Source of the DNA: Candidatus Parcubacteria bacterium
Lineage (GTDB): Bacteria > Patescibacteriota > Minisyncoccia > Phycocordibacterales > UBA6065
NCBI GenBank assembly: GCA_039796155.1
Contig: JBDKKJ010000007.1
Span: forward strand, 58,409-122,408
Direction of reading: 5' to 3'
Length of the DNA stretch: 64,000 nt
Shown: piece after piece, positions 28,768-38,914 of the stretch
Position numbering within the stretch: the first letter of the stretch is position 1
Layout of the letters: each line of letters starts with the position of its first letter
Notes under the pieces: model-generated
The model's input: the letters and a program-made list of their open reading frames with translations, nothing else
Databases searched by the model: none
What the model was told of the DNA's origin: nothing
Program-made: the position numbers and the translations under genes

Positions 28768-30541
28768 AACTCTGCCTCTTCCCGTGAAGCAACATCCCTA
28801 CCGCATGCTCCATCGAGCCTGCTTCAACCACCTCCCCTCCGTTTACAAAAAATATTTCATCAGCGTTTTCAATAGTGTTGAGTCGGTGTGCAATCACAAT
28901 ACGCACAGTATGCTCTGGAAGCTTCTCTAAAATAGTCTGAAGTAACTCTTCAGTAACAGTATCGATATTTGCTGTCGCTTCATCAAGTATCAAAATGTCG
29001 GGTCGTCGAAGCACGGCGCGTATAAATGCCACCAACTGCCTCTCACCAAGCGAGAGGCTTGTGTTTGAACCAACCTTAGTATCAAGACCCTTCGTAAAGC
29101 GAGAGATAAGTGATTCAAGACCAGCTTCCTTTAAATGAACCTCGAGCTTTTCAATCTCTTTTCCTTCATAGAGAGGATTTCCATAGGCAATATTTTCTCG
29201 AACAGTACCTGTAAAGAGGAATGGTTCCTGCAAAATGAATCCAATCTTTTGAGAACGCACTGCAGGATCATATGAACGTATATCTTTACCATGCAAGTAC
29301 ACAATCCCTTCTGTTGGATCAAACAAACGAGACACCAATGATGCACTCGTAGTCTTGCCCCCTCCCGTTGGCCCTACGAACGCGTACGTCTTACCCTTCT
29401 CAAAAACAAAGTTCACATTATTTAATACCTTGGTATTGCCATCAGGATATCCGAATGACACATTCTTAAATTCCATAACTGCCCCCAAATGGTTCTCCGA
29501 TGTAGTCTCAGGAACAATGGTGAGGTTTGACTCCATACGCAACAAATTTCCAATACGATCCCATGCGGCCATAGCAATCTGGAACGTGGACCAGAGACGC
29601 GCCATCTCACGGAGAGGATCATAGAATCGCGTAACGTAGAGTACAAAACCCACCAAGAGTCCCACAGCAAACTGCCCTTGTGCAATCAGATAGAATCCAA
29701 CACCTAAAACAATGAGCTGAGCAATGTTTCCCAAGAATTCAAACACCGGTGTAAAGAGTTCATTTGCAACCCCTGCTCCCAAGGCTCCTTTGAAATTATT
29801 CTGATTCACTTCACTAAAACGATTCTTAAAATAATCCCTTCTGTTAAAAGCAATAATTACTTTAAAGTTGGCAATGCTTTCTTGAATCTCGGCCGAAAGG
29901 AGTCCACCAGCAGTAAGACTTGCAGCATTACTCTTCTTTACCCAGCCAGAAACTACGCGGGTGAAAATGAATATCACTATACCCGGAGCAAGCGCCGAGA
30001 GTGCGAGCTTCCAATTAATAAAAAGAATAAAGATACCGGCCCCAGTCACAAGACAAACATTCCCCACAAAGCGCATTAACCCCTGTGAAAAGAAGGTATT
30101 TATTTTATCGGTGTCACTGTTGATGCGAGAGATCAGATCTCCAGTTTTATTTTGATTAAAGAATGCGAGCGGCAGACTCTGAAGTTTTGAAAATACATCG
30201 TGGCGTAGTCGAAACAAGGTACGCTGTGCTACTCCTCCCATAGTTTTCATCTGAACGTAGTTCACGACAAATGCTGTAGCATAGATCACCAAAAGAATTC
30301 CTGAGTTTACGAGCACGCCGTGATAGTCACGGTTCTGTATCGCTGTATCAATGGTATACCCCACCATAAGAGGCCCCACCAGGTTGAGTCCTGCATTCAA
30401 AAGCACAGCAACAAACGAAATAACAACCTGTTTTTTCTCCGTCGCCAAAAGCGGCAGCATCTTTAATAATGCCGACTTGGTAGAAGCCTTTTGCGAACCG
30501 TCTTGTTTTCGTGAAAGTGAATAATCCATATTAGTGTTCAT
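28766..30541 (-). CDS. ABC exporter, fused TMD-NBD (MdlB-like)
   Basis: 6-TM domain plus NBD (GPTGGGKTT, LSLGERQ, ILILDEATA). Start at 30541 or 30529 is more likely than ORF-track 30568. Confidence 0.85.
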   Translation of the reverse strand: MNTNMDYSLSRKQDGSQKASTKSALLKMLPLLATEKKQVVISFVAVLLNAGLNLVGPLMVGYTIDTAIQNRDYHGVLVNSGILLVIYATAFVVNYVQMKTMGGVAQRTLFRLRHDVFSKLQSLPLAFFNQNKTGDLISRINSDTDKINTFFSQGLMRFVGNVCLVTGAGIFILFINWKLALSALAPGIVIFIFTRVVSGWVKKSNAASLTAGGLLSAEIQESIANFKVIIAFNRRDYFKNRFSEVNQNNFKGALGAGVANELFTPVFEFLGNIAQLIVLGVGFYLIAQGQFAVGLLVGFVLYVTRFYDPLREMARLWSTFQIAMAAWDRIGNLLRMESNLTIVPETTSENHLGAVMEFKNVSFGYPDGNTKVLNNVNFVFEKGKTYAFVGPTGGGKTTSASLVSRLFDPTEGIVYLHGKDIRSYDPAVRSQKIGFILQEPFLFTGTVRENIAYGNPLYEGKEIEKLEVHLKEAGLESLISRFTKGLDTKVGSNTSLSLGERQLVAFIRAVLRRPDILILDEATANIDTVTEELLQTILEKLPEHTVRIVIAHRLNTIENADEIFFVNGGEVVEAGSMEHAVGMLLHGKRQS

Positions 30542-32255
30542 AGGTCTCAGTACTCTTCTGAGATTCAATTATCTGAATATATTCTGGCGAAGAGTTTACA
30601 AGGTGAGTGTGGGTACCCTGAGCCAGTACTTCCCCTTCCATAAGAAGAATAATCTTTTCAAAGTGTTCAACCGCGCGCACCTTTTGTGTAACAGAGACAA
30701 TCGTAATGCCCGGATAATTCTTTTCAACGTTTGAAAGAATCTTTCGTTCGGTTGCGGTATCCACACGCGCCGTAAAATCGTCGAGCAAAAGCACTCGAGG
30801 GTTGATAGAAAGCGCACGAGCCAACATGATGCGCTGTTTCTGTCCGCCTGAAAGACTCGTCCCTCGTTCAGAAACAATGCTATCGAGACCTTTTGGAAGT
30901 GTTGAGATAAAATCGGAAAGTTCAGCAGTGTCTATCGCCTTCTTAACATCTTCGTCTTTAGCGGTTGGGCTAAAGGCAATATTTTCGCGGACGCTCATGT
31001 TAAACATCACGCTGTCCTGGAACACCAAAGCGACCTGAGAGTGAATCGTTTGTCTATCGTATTCAGCAAGCGGTTTGTCGTCATACAGCACCGTACCCGA
31101 TGTTGGATGCACGAGACCAATCAATGTATAGAGAAGCTGTGTCTTGCCTGCTGCGGTTGGACCAATAATCGCAGTCTTGGTTCCCGCTTTAATCTTAAAA
31201 GAAACATTACGAAGAGCATGCTTGTCAGCAAATGTTAAATTCACACCCTTTGCCTCGATCTCTCCTCGAATAGCTGTTGTGATAGTACCTGTCTCCTTCT
31301 CTACCGGCGCATTGAGGATGCTCGCGATACGCACATACGATTCTTGTGCTCTCGAAATAATATTTGATACGAAGCCGAGCATGATAATAGGAAAAATAAG
31401 AATGATGACGTAGCTGTTGAATGCCGTGAAATCACCGAGCGAAAGCGAACCACCAATAACAAACTTTCCTCCCAGGGCGAGGATGATAAGCATCGCGAGG
31501 TTGGCAATGATTCCAACCGATGGAATAACAATTGAGAAAAGCCCCAGAATCTTCATACTGTTATCACGTGAATTCTTGTTTTCTACATCAAACTTTTCCA
31601 GTTCTTTATTCTGAGAATTGAAAACTCGAATCAAAGCAGCGCCGATGATGCTTTCACTAATAATTGCGTTTAATCTGTCGATGATTTCCTGAGATTTTTT
31701 AAAGAGTGGACCCAGCTTTGAAAAAACGAGAAAGAAAATTACTCCAATCACCGGCAAAATAGCCAGAACAGCAAGGGCGAGCCGCCAATCAATAGTCAAA
31801 AGAAGCGCAGCTGAACCCACTATGAGCACAACCGAAGAAATAATAATCACGACCGCTTGTGATATGAATGATTTCACCGCATCAATATCAGACGTGAGGT
31901 TGGTGAGGAGTTTTGATTCAGTCTCCTGCACAAGTCGGGCAAAACTGAATTCAGAAATCTTTAATATAAGGTTTTGTCGCATGTCTCGAGCTGCGCGTTC
32001 TGCAGCATATGTCTGAAACACACCCTGAAGGTACGTGAACAGAAAGACTCCGAACGATACAATAGCGAACTGAAGACCCAGGGTTCCAGCATCAAAGCCC
32101 CCTTTCGCATAGGTGTCGATTGCTTTAGAAATTAGCTTTGGAATAATGAGGCTGAGCGCATTACCCGCAAGCGTGAGAATGAGAAGCGTAAAAATTAAAA
32201 ACTTGTAGGGCTTTACGATTGCAAAAATACTTGGTTTGCCGCTCTTTTCTTTCAT
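30531..32255 (-). CDS. ABC exporter, fused TMD-NBD (MdlA-like)
   Basis: NBD motifs GPTAAGKTQ, LSGGQKQR, VLLLDDFTA. Start at 32255 (MKEKSGKPSIF) avoids overlap with the divergent gene. Confidence 0.85.
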   Translation of the reverse strand: MKEKSGKPSIFAIVKPYKFLIFTLLILTLAGNALSLIIPKLISKAIDTYAKGGFDAGTLGLQFAIVSFGVFLFTYLQGVFQTYAAERAARDMRQNLILKISEFSFARLVQETESKLLTNLTSDIDAVKSFISQAVVIIISSVVLIVGSAALLLTIDWRLALAVLAILPVIGVIFFLVFSKLGPLFKKSQEIIDRLNAIISESIIGAALIRVFNSQNKELEKFDVENKNSRDNSMKILGLFSIVIPSVGIIANLAMLIILALGGKFVIGGSLSLGDFTAFNSYVIILIFPIIMLGFVSNIISRAQESYVRIASILNAPVEKETGTITTAIRGEIEAKGVNLTFADKHALRNVSFKIKAGTKTAIIGPTAAGKTQLLYTLIGLVHPTSGTVLYDDKPLAEYDRQTIHSQVALVFQDSVMFNMSVRENIAFSPTAKDEDVKKAIDTAELSDFISTLPKGLDSIVSERGTSLSGGQKQRIMLARALSINPRVLLLDDFTARVDTATERKILSNVEKNYPGITIVSVTQKVRAVEHFEKIILLMEGEVLAQGTHTHLVNSSPEYIQIIESQKSTETYEH

Positions 32256-32279
32256 AGAATTAGAGATATAGTAACACGC

Positions 32280-33065
32280 ATGAACACGAAGAAGTTTCAA
32301 AGCATTATAAAGGATTACTACGCGAAATGTGGTCGCCATACTTTGCCATGGAGACAAACTTGTGACCCGTATGAAATTTTAGTTTCTGAGATCATGCTTC
32401 AGCAGACGCAGGTCAGTCGTGTGATGACTAAATATAATGAATTTCTGACCCTGTTCCCGACAGCACATGATCTTGCACAGGCTTCAACAGCTACAGTGTT
32501 AAAGACGTGGCAAGGGTTGGGATATAACAGACGGGCGCTGAATCTGAAACGTGCAGCTGAAACCATTGTTAAAAATTTCGGCGGAAAATTTCCACGCACT
32601 GCAGAAGAACTCGAATCGCTGCCCGGAATTGGCCAGTCGACACGTGGCGCTATTATGGCTTTTGCTTTTGGAATACCGACGGTGTTTATAGAAACGAATA
32701 TACGAGCAATTTATCTACACCATTTCTTTCCTACACAGCGGAACGTTCACGACCGTGACATTCTTCCCTTTATTGAAAAGACACTTGATACAGAAAATCC
32801 TCGTGACTGGTACTATGCCCTCATGGACTACGGCGTTCACCTCAAACAAACCCTCCCCAACCCTTCACGCAAAAGCGTGCATCACACAAAACAATCATCT
32901 TTTAAAGGATCAAACCGAGAAGTTCGTTCTCGCATATTAAAGTTTGTTCTCCTTAAAAAACGAACTCGTCAGGAAATCGTAGAACATATTGGAAAGACAT
33001 CTTATGACGTAGAAAAGAATATAGATGATTTGGTTAAAGAAGGGTTTATGAAGAAACCTCTTTAG
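32280..33065 (+). CDS. HhH-GPD base-excision glycosylase (MutY/Nth family) with C-terminal winged-helix-like tail
   Basis: 261 aa; PYEILVSEIMLQQTQV, HhH LPGIGQSTRGAI; lacks the MutY NUDIX-like C-terminal domain. Confidence 0.7.
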   Translation: MNTKKFQSIIKDYYAKCGRHTLPWRQTCDPYEILVSEIMLQQTQVSRVMTKYNEFLTLFPTAHDLAQASTATVLKTWQGLGYNRRALNLKRAAETIVKNFGGKFPRTAEELESLPGIGQSTRGAIMAFAFGIPTVFIETNIRAIYLHHFFPTQRNVHDRDILPFIEKTLDTENPRDWYYALMDYGVHLKQTLPNPSRKSVHHTKQSSFKGSNREVRSRILKFVLLKKRTRQEIVEHIGKTSYDVEKNIDDLVKEGFMKKPL

Positions 33066-33079
33066 TGTAAAATTAAAAT

Positions 33080-33298
33080 ATGAAAAAAATCATCATATCT
33101 ATAATTGTTATCGCCGTGATTAGTGTTGGAGTTTACACATATACAACCTCACAGAATAAAGCTGAAGTAGAGCAGATTGCATGTACCATGGACGCAAGGA
33201 TGTGTCCGGACGGTTCATATGTCGGACGCCAAGGACCAAAGTGTGAGTTTGAAGCTTGTCCCAATACAAAGGGGGTGGAAGTAAAAGTAAGTATCTAG
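33080..33298 (+). CDS. Small membrane-anchored Cys-rich protein
   Basis: 72 aa; N-terminal TM then 4 Cys (CTMDARMCPDG...CEFEAC). Confidence 0.45.
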   Translation: MKKIIISIIVIAVISVGVYTYTTSQNKAEVEQIACTMDARMCPDGSYVGRQGPKCEFEACPNTKGVEVKVSI

Positions 33299-33305
33299 AA
33301 TAAAT

Positions 33306-33338
33306 AAGCGCCCCTCTTTGAGGGGCGCTTGCGTTTTT
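33306..33338 (+). terminator. Intrinsic terminator
   Basis: AAGCGCCCCTC-ttt-GAGGGGCGCTT + GCGTTTTT. Confidence 0.75.
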
Positions 33339-33376
33339 GAAGCAATATTTGGGACATAATTTGCTACAATCAATTC

Positions 33377-35593
33377 ATGCACCCCTTGTCTCTTCTTTCA
33401 GAACACATCCGTACATTAGGGCCTCATAAAGAGGCTCTTTCAAAGCTTGGTATAAAGACTATTGAAGATCTGCTCTATCACTTCCCTGTGCGCTATGGAG
33501 ATACCGCTGAATCAAAATCAGTCGGCAATCTCATTGCTGGAGAGAATGCGGTCGTATTCGGGACAATTTCACATTTGAAAACAGGTAAAGGATTCCGTAC
33601 AAAAATCACCATGGCTGATGGACGCCTCACTGATGAAACCGGTTCTATAAAATGTGTGTGGTTTAACCAACCCTACATCGCAAAAATGATTCAGGATGGC
33701 GCACTGGTCCGCGTTGAAGGAAAAGTTTCTCAGAAACGAATAAAAGTCGATCCTGAGTGCGCGACACCGAGCAAAAAGGGTGAGCTCTATTTCTCGAATC
33801 CCAAAATTGAGAAAGTGGAAAAGCTCCCGACAGCTGTCGGGGACTCTCTCTTTGGTGAAGCAGGTGCGGTTCACACTCTTTATCCTGTATATCCAGAGTC
33901 TCGTGGCATCACTTCAAACTGGATTTATCACGCAATCCAGAAAATATTTAAAAGCGGCATTCTCGATACGATTAAAGATCCGATTCCTTCAGATATTCTT
34001 GAACGATATAATCTCCCAACTCTCACCACAGCACTCGTCTGGATGCACGCCCCACAAAAAGCAGAAGATGCACAAGTTGCTCGTAAACGTTTTGCTTTTG
34101 AAGAAGTCTTTTTGATTCAAGTAGAACTTCAAAAAGAAAAGAAGGAGTGGAAAAAGAATCCCGCATTCATCATTGAACCAAAGGTAGAACTTATTGAGAA
34201 CTTTGTCTCGCGTTTCCCCTTTAAAATGACTCCGGCTCAAACGAAATCAATTAATGACATCCTGGCAGATTTCAAAGCAGGACACGCTATGGGGCGCCTC
34301 CTTGAAGGTGATGTGGGATCGGGAAAAACTGCCGTTGCAGCCACCACCACATTCGCCACTATCATGACCCGCCCCCGAGGACAGGATTATGGTTCGCTGC
34401 AGGTGGCATATATGGCACCGACAGAAATACTTGCCACACAGCATTTTGAATCATTCATTGAGTATTTTGAGCATACAGGAGTATCGATCGGTCTCATCAC
34501 CGGATCAGGATGTCGAAAGTTTCCAGCAAAAGTCCCTCAGTTTAAAAACGGCCAAAAGCAAAACTGGACCGATATTTCCCGTGCCCAGCTTTTGAAATGG
34601 GTAGCAAATGGCGAGATTCCTATTCTCATCGGTACGCACGCACTTATCCAAAAATCTGTTCAATTTAAAAACCTTGCATATGTTGTTGTGGACGAGCAGC
34701 ACCGATTTGGTACCGCTCAGAGGCAGAAACTGGTGCGTAAAGACAATATTCATCCTCATCTTCTCTCTATGACCGCAACCCCTATTCCCCGTACACTGGC
34801 CCTCACTATATATGGTGACCTCGATCTGACTCTTCTCGATCAGATGCCCCATGGTCGTAAGCCAATCATCACAGAAGTGATTATTCAGGCAAAAAGAAAT
34901 GAGATGTATGAAAAGATGCGCGGGCAACTACAGCTTGGACGTCAGGCATATATCATTTGCCCGCGCATCGATGAGCCAGACCTAACAATGGAGAGTGCTC
35001 TCATTGCTAAGTCAGTAAAGGAAGAAGCAAAACGTCTTCAACAAAGTGTATTCAAGGAATACACCATCGGAGTCCTCCACAGCAAAATGAAAGATGCTGA
35101 AAAAGAACGTGTCATGCAAGAATTTAAACAAGGTAAACTTCACATCCTTGTTGCCACGTCGGTAGTTGAAGTCGGCGTAAACGTTCCAAACGCAACTGTA
35201 ATCCTGATTGAAGGCGCAGAACGATTCGGACTTTCACAACTCCATCAACTTCGTGGTCGTGTCGTACGAAGTAATCACCAGGCATACTGCTACCTCTTTG
35301 CAGAAAGTAATGGGGATAAAACAATCGAACGTCTTCATGCACTTACAACTGCAAAGAATGGTTTTGAGTTAGCAGAATTTGATTTAAAGTTCCGTGGAGC
35401 CGGAGAACTCTATGGACGCAAACAGTGGGGTGTCTCAGACGTTGCCATGGAAGCAATCAGAAATATTAAAATGGTTGAGGCTGCACGAACTGAGGCTCTA
35501 CGACTCGTAAACACCGACGACACATTTGCAGACCTCCCTCTTCTTAAAGCTGAACTCGAGAGACGCAGAGCTCAACGAATACATTTTGAATAA
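33377..35593 (+). CDS. recG: ATP-dependent DNA helicase RecG
   Basis: 738 aa; wedge domain, helicase motifs GDVGSGKT, DEQHRFG, SATPIPRT, QLHQLRGRVVR. Confidence 0.92.
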   Translation: MHPLSLLSEHIRTLGPHKEALSKLGIKTIEDLLYHFPVRYGDTAESKSVGNLIAGENAVVFGTISHLKTGKGFRTKITMADGRLTDETGSIKCVWFNQPYIAKMIQDGALVRVEGKVSQKRIKVDPECATPSKKGELYFSNPKIEKVEKLPTAVGDSLFGEAGAVHTLYPVYPESRGITSNWIYHAIQKIFKSGILDTIKDPIPSDILERYNLPTLTTALVWMHAPQKAEDAQVARKRFAFEEVFLIQVELQKEKKEWKKNPAFIIEPKVELIENFVSRFPFKMTPAQTKSINDILADFKAGHAMGRLLEGDVGSGKTAVAATTTFATIMTRPRGQDYGSLQVAYMAPTEILATQHFESFIEYFEHTGVSIGLITGSGCRKFPAKVPQFKNGQKQNWTDISRAQLLKWVANGEIPILIGTHALIQKSVQFKNLAYVVVDEQHRFGTAQRQKLVRKDNIHPHLLSMTATPIPRTLALTIYGDLDLTLLDQMPHGRKPIITEVIIQAKRNEMYEKMRGQLQLGRQAYIICPRIDEPDLTMESALIAKSVKEEAKRLQQSVFKEYTIGVLHSKMKDAEKERVMQEFKQGKLHILVATSVVEVGVNVPNATVILIEGAERFGLSQLHQLRGRVVRSNHQAYCYLFAESNGDKTIERLHALTTAKNGFELAEFDLKFRGAGELYGRKQWGVSDVAMEAIRNIKMVEAARTEALRLVNTDDTFADLPLLKAELERRRAQRIHFE

Positions 35594-35595
35594 AG

Positions 35596-35979
35596 TTATA
35601 TCGATGACGCTGAACTGAAGAAAGCTTTTGATTTAGGATCGAAAAAGGAAATAAAGTAAAAAATAGAAGAAAAGACTCCCGGAATAACTAGATAATTCAT
35701 ACTGAGTTCACTCGAAGGCATAAAAATAAACACAGCAGTGGTCAAGGCAACTAAAACAAAAGCAGTTTTTCTTGCCAGATTTCTTTTCTTAAACATGCTC
35801 GCAAAAGCTGACGCAATCAAAACAAGTGCAACAATGAGACCGATTAGACCTATCAACACATGGTACCAACCTCCTCCAAAACCAGCGGAGGCTATTGCTA
35901 GGCACGAAAAACCTCCAATAATAATCGCATGGACCATTCCAAAAATAGACGCCGTTATAACAAACCCTGGTGTTTTCAT
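35596..35979 (-). CDS. Small membrane protein
   Basis: Start moved to MKTPGFVITASIF (35979) because the ORF-track N-terminus overlaps the tRNA-Ile gene. 4 hydrophobic helices. Confidence 0.45.
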   Translation of the reverse strand: MKTPGFVITASIFGMVHAIIIGGFSCLAIASAGFGGGWYHVLIGLIGLIVALVLIASAFASMFKKRNLARKTAFVLVALTTAVFIFMPSSELSMNYLVIPGVFSSIFYFISFFDPKSKAFFSSASSI

Positions 35980-36007
35980 AGGTTTAACTATATCAGTAAA
36001 TTTATTG

Positions 36008-36081
36008 TGCGCCCACATGGACTCGAACCATGGACCCCCGAGGTATAAGCTCGATGCTCTAACCAACTGAGCTATGGGCGC
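36008..36081 (-). tRNA. tRNA-Ile(UAU)
   Basis: Reverse strand GCGCCCA-TA-GCTC-AGTTGGTTA-GAGC-A-TCGAG-CTTATAC-CTCGG-GGGTC-CATGG-TTCGAGT-CCATG-TGGGCGC-A; anticodon TAT. Confidence 0.8.
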
Positions 36082-36198
36082 GTTGTTACATTTTATGCTT
36101 TCTAGCCAAAACAGCTATGGGCGCATTCTTGTAACCGTCGTTACATCCTAAGGCAAAGAAACCGAATATACAATATAATACCGCAGGGAGAACCCGCT

Positions 36199-36588
36199 AT
36201 GTTCAATTCAAGACCACCAGTTTGGGTCTTGGCGCCGATATTAGACGGCAAGTTGGTTCTTTTGAAATCAGGTAATCACTGGAGACTGCCACACAGCCAC
36301 GATCAATCCCACCCTCATGAGATTTACCTTGGCTGGATGCTTGAACCCTTCTTTGAAGCTGCCCACGTGCGTGATCACACGCTCATAACGCCGCCTCTGT
36401 CGGACTTCTCGCTCAATGACAATCTCTATACCTGCACTTTCCTCGCATGCAATTTCAGCGGCATACTACGCCCCGAAAAAGCAAACGAGGTTGCGGTTAT
36501 TTCAAAAGGAAACCTTGTCCCTCATATCTTCGTCGAAGACATGCGACCCCTCATCGGGATTCGCGAATTCGAAAGCCACCTCAGTTGA
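36199..36588 (+). CDS. Hypothetical protein, possibly degenerate Nudix-fold
   Basis: 129 aa; N-terminus VWVLAPILDGKLVLLKSGNHWRLP resembles the first strands of Nudix proteins, but no Nudix box. Confidence 0.4.
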   Translation: MFNSRPPVWVLAPILDGKLVLLKSGNHWRLPHSHDQSHPHEIYLGWMLEPFFEAAHVRDHTLITPPLSDFSLNDNLYTCTFLACNFSGILRPEKANEVAVISKGNLVPHIFVEDMRPLIGIREFESHLS

Positions 36589-36601
36589 GGTGGCTTTTTT
36601 A
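36572..36601 (+). terminator. Intrinsic terminator
   Basis: AAAGCCACCTC-agtt-GAGGTGGCTTT + TTTT. Confidence 0.75.
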
Positions 36602-36631
36602 TTTAAAAAAATATACTAAACAAGTAAACTC

Positions 36632-36907
36632 ATGAATATACCCCGTGTCCTGTTCTTTGCTGTAAAGAGGAACGGCAGGCTACTCCACATTGAGCGTGGC
36701 AACTATCTGGGTATCCCTTTCTGGGAAAACCCTGCGGATATGCCCCTTGTTGAGTGTGCTCGTCGTGCCATCGAACCCAGCGCAACCATCATTGATCTTG
36801 GAGAGCCAACATCGACATCTAGATTTATTGGTGAATGGAATGGCGTTGAAAGTTGGATTGAAGTTTACTTCTTCTGTAAAGCCGTTATCATTCCACGCAC
36901 AAAATAA
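36632..36907 (+). CDS. Hypothetical protein, possibly degenerate Nudix-fold
   Basis: 91 aa; VLFFAVKRNGRLLHIERGNYLGIPFWENPADMPLVECARRAIEPS loosely parallels a Nudix box (G..E...E....A.RE..EE) with catalytic residues replaced. Confidence 0.35.
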   Translation: MNIPRVLFFAVKRNGRLLHIERGNYLGIPFWENPADMPLVECARRAIEPSATIIDLGEPTSTSRFIGEWNGVESWIEVYFFCKAVIIPRTK

Positions 36908-36936
36908 GTGCTGGTATACCAAGGGTCGCCTAAAGC

Positions 36937-36967
36937 AAAACGCGAGACAAGTGTCTCGCGTTTTTTT
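36937..36967. terminator. Hairpin terminator shared by convergent genes (36632 ORF and ftsH)
   Basis: CGCGAGAC-aagt-GTCTCGCG flanked by AAAA / TTTTTTT. Confidence 0.7.
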
Positions 36968-36968
36968 A

Positions 36969-38891
36969 TTATCCTAAATGCTCTATATCTTTCTTTTTCT
37001 TTGGCACTACCCCGTTTGCAACAAGGAGCTTTTCAAATTCTTCACGCTCAATAGTTTCCACTTCCATAAGTCGTGCTGCAATTACATCGAGGAGTTTCTT
37101 ATGCTTCTTTATGGTCTCCTCTGCGCGATCCATTGCTGTAGTCATAATTGCTTTTACCTCAGCATCAACTTCACCTGCAACTTTTTCAGAATACGCACCG
37201 TCCTCTACCCCACGACCAAACAATACGCGTCCACCCGCCCCCTCGAGCGCCACAGGACCCATTTTGTCTGACATACCGTATTTGGTAACCATATCGCGAG
37301 CAAGAGCTGTTGAAACCTGTAGATCGTTTGAAGGACCGGTTGTAAGATCAGCAAACATCATGCGCTCTGTGACATATCCACCGAGCGACACTGCAATGTC
37401 ATCAAGGAATTCCTTGCGTGACTGAAGTTTTCGATCTTCTAAAGGAAGATGAAGAACGTATCCTGCCGCACGTCCACGAGAAATAATAGAAATTTTATGC
37501 ACAGGATCAGCGTATTCAAGAACCGATGAGACGACCGCATGCCCAGCTTCGTGATATGCGGTAATTTTCTTTTCAGCCTTTGAAAGAATATGACTCTTTC
37601 GTTCAGGACCGAGCATTACTTTTTCAATTGAACGGATCAAATCAAACTGAGACACTTTCGTGCGGTCTTCGCGGGCTGCCAGAATAGCTCCTTCGTTCAT
37701 CAATGAATAAAGGTCCGCTCCAGAGAATCCAGGAGTGCGTTCTGCAATAACAACAAGATTTACATCTTCTGCAAACGGCTTCTTGCGAGCATGTATTTTA
37801 AGAATTTCTTCGCGGTCACTTCGGTCTGGTAGGTCAATAGTCACACGTCGGTCGAATCGTCCCGGTCGAAGGAGTGCGGGATCGAGGACGTCCGGTCGGT
37901 TTGTCGCAGCCATAACAATCACTTTTTCATTAGGTTCGAACCCATCCATCTCTACGAGGATTTGGTTGAGAGTTTGTTCTCGTTCATCATTTCCTCCTCC
38001 CATGCCGACACCGCGGCTCCGGCCCACGGCGTCTATTTCGTCAACGAAAATAATGGCCGGAGCCGCCGCTTTCGCCATTTTGAAAAGGTCGCGTACACGT
38101 GAAGCACCAACACCTACAAACATTTCAACAAATTCAGACCCAGAGATTGAAAAGAATGACACACCTGCTTCCCCAGCCACTGCTCGAGCGAGCAATGTCT
38201 TTCCTGTTCCTGGTGCACCCATGAGAAGAATTCCTTTTGGGATCACCGCACCAAGATCTAGAAACTTTTTAGGATTTTTGAGAAAGTCTACAATTTCTGA
38301 AAGCTCCTGCTTTGCTTCTTTTGCCCCTGCAACGTCTTTGAATGTCACACGAGACTTTTTGTCATCAGGGTGTGTCATGCGTGCCTTTGACTGGCCGAAT
38401 GACATTGCCTGCATACCCGCCCCCTTTACCTGACGCGAGAGTAGCCACACCAAAAACCCTACAAATATGAGAGGAATAATAAATGGTGCCAAGTTCACCA
38501 ACCAATACATGAGTCCTGACTGTTCTTTAATATCAATCTTTACCGCAGAAATTTGATCTGCCTTTACGCCATAGTTTACGAGAGTGGTTGTGAGCGCATT
38601 GTCTGATTCCTTCTTTGAAGATTTTTCAACACCGTCTTTGTATATAGCCTTGAGGTTGTCGCCATCTATGGTGATAGTTGAAACTAACCCTTTGCTAATG
38701 TCGGTTGAAAGCTCAGACAAAGACACTGTTGGTACAACGACAGATTTGTTGGCAACAAACGAATAAACGACTATTAAAAGAAAGAAAATAAGAAGACCCG
38801 TGCCGAAGCTGCCAAAAAACCGTGTGATTGATTGAACAGGTTCCTCCTTCTTATTCTTTTGATTTGGTTGTTTTTTAAATTGTAGAGACAT
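36969..38891 (-). CDS. ftsH: ATP-dependent zinc metalloprotease FtsH
   Basis: AAA+ motifs [25 protein letters not shown] region, HEAGHA zinc site. Start at 38891 ([11 protein letters not shown]); the longer ORF-track N-terminus overlaps smpB. Confidence 0.92.
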   Translation of the reverse strand: MSLQFKKQPNQKNKKEEPVQSITRFFGSFGTGLLIFFLLIVVYSFVANKSVVVPTVSLSELSTDISKGLVSTITIDGDNLKAIYKDGVEKSSKKESDNALTTTLVNYGVKADQISAVKIDIKEQSGLMYWLVNLAPFIIPLIFVGFLVWLLSRQVKGAGMQAMSFGQSKARMTHPDDKKSRVTFKDVAGAKEAKQELSEIVDFLKNPKKFLDLGAVIPKGILLMGAPGTGKTLLARAVAGEAGVSFFSISGSEFVEMFVGVGASRVRDLFKMAKAAAPAIIFVDEIDAVGRSRGVGMGGGNDEREQTLNQILVEMDGFEPNEKVIVMAATNRPDVLDPALLRPGRFDRRVTIDLPDRSDREEILKIHARKKPFAEDVNLVVIAERTPGFSGADLYSLMNEGAILAAREDRTKVSQFDLIRSIEKVMLGPERKSHILSKAEKKITAYHEAGHAVVSSVLEYADPVHKISIISRGRAAGYVLHLPLEDRKLQSRKEFLDDIAVSLGGYVTERMMFADLTTGPSNDLQVSTALARDMVTKYGMSDKMGPVALEGAGGRVLFGRGVEDGAYSEKVAGEVDAEVKAIMTTAMDRAEETIKKHKKLLDVIAARLMEVETIEREEFEKLLVANGVVPKKKKDIEHLG

Positions 38892-38914
38892 AGATGAAAT
38901 GATAGCATACCCAT

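Noticed and set aside
37735-38433. 232-aa plus-strand ORF inside ftsH
   Set aside because: It is antisense to a strongly conserved AAA+ region. The S/R/P-rich low-complexity translation is a shadow ORF.
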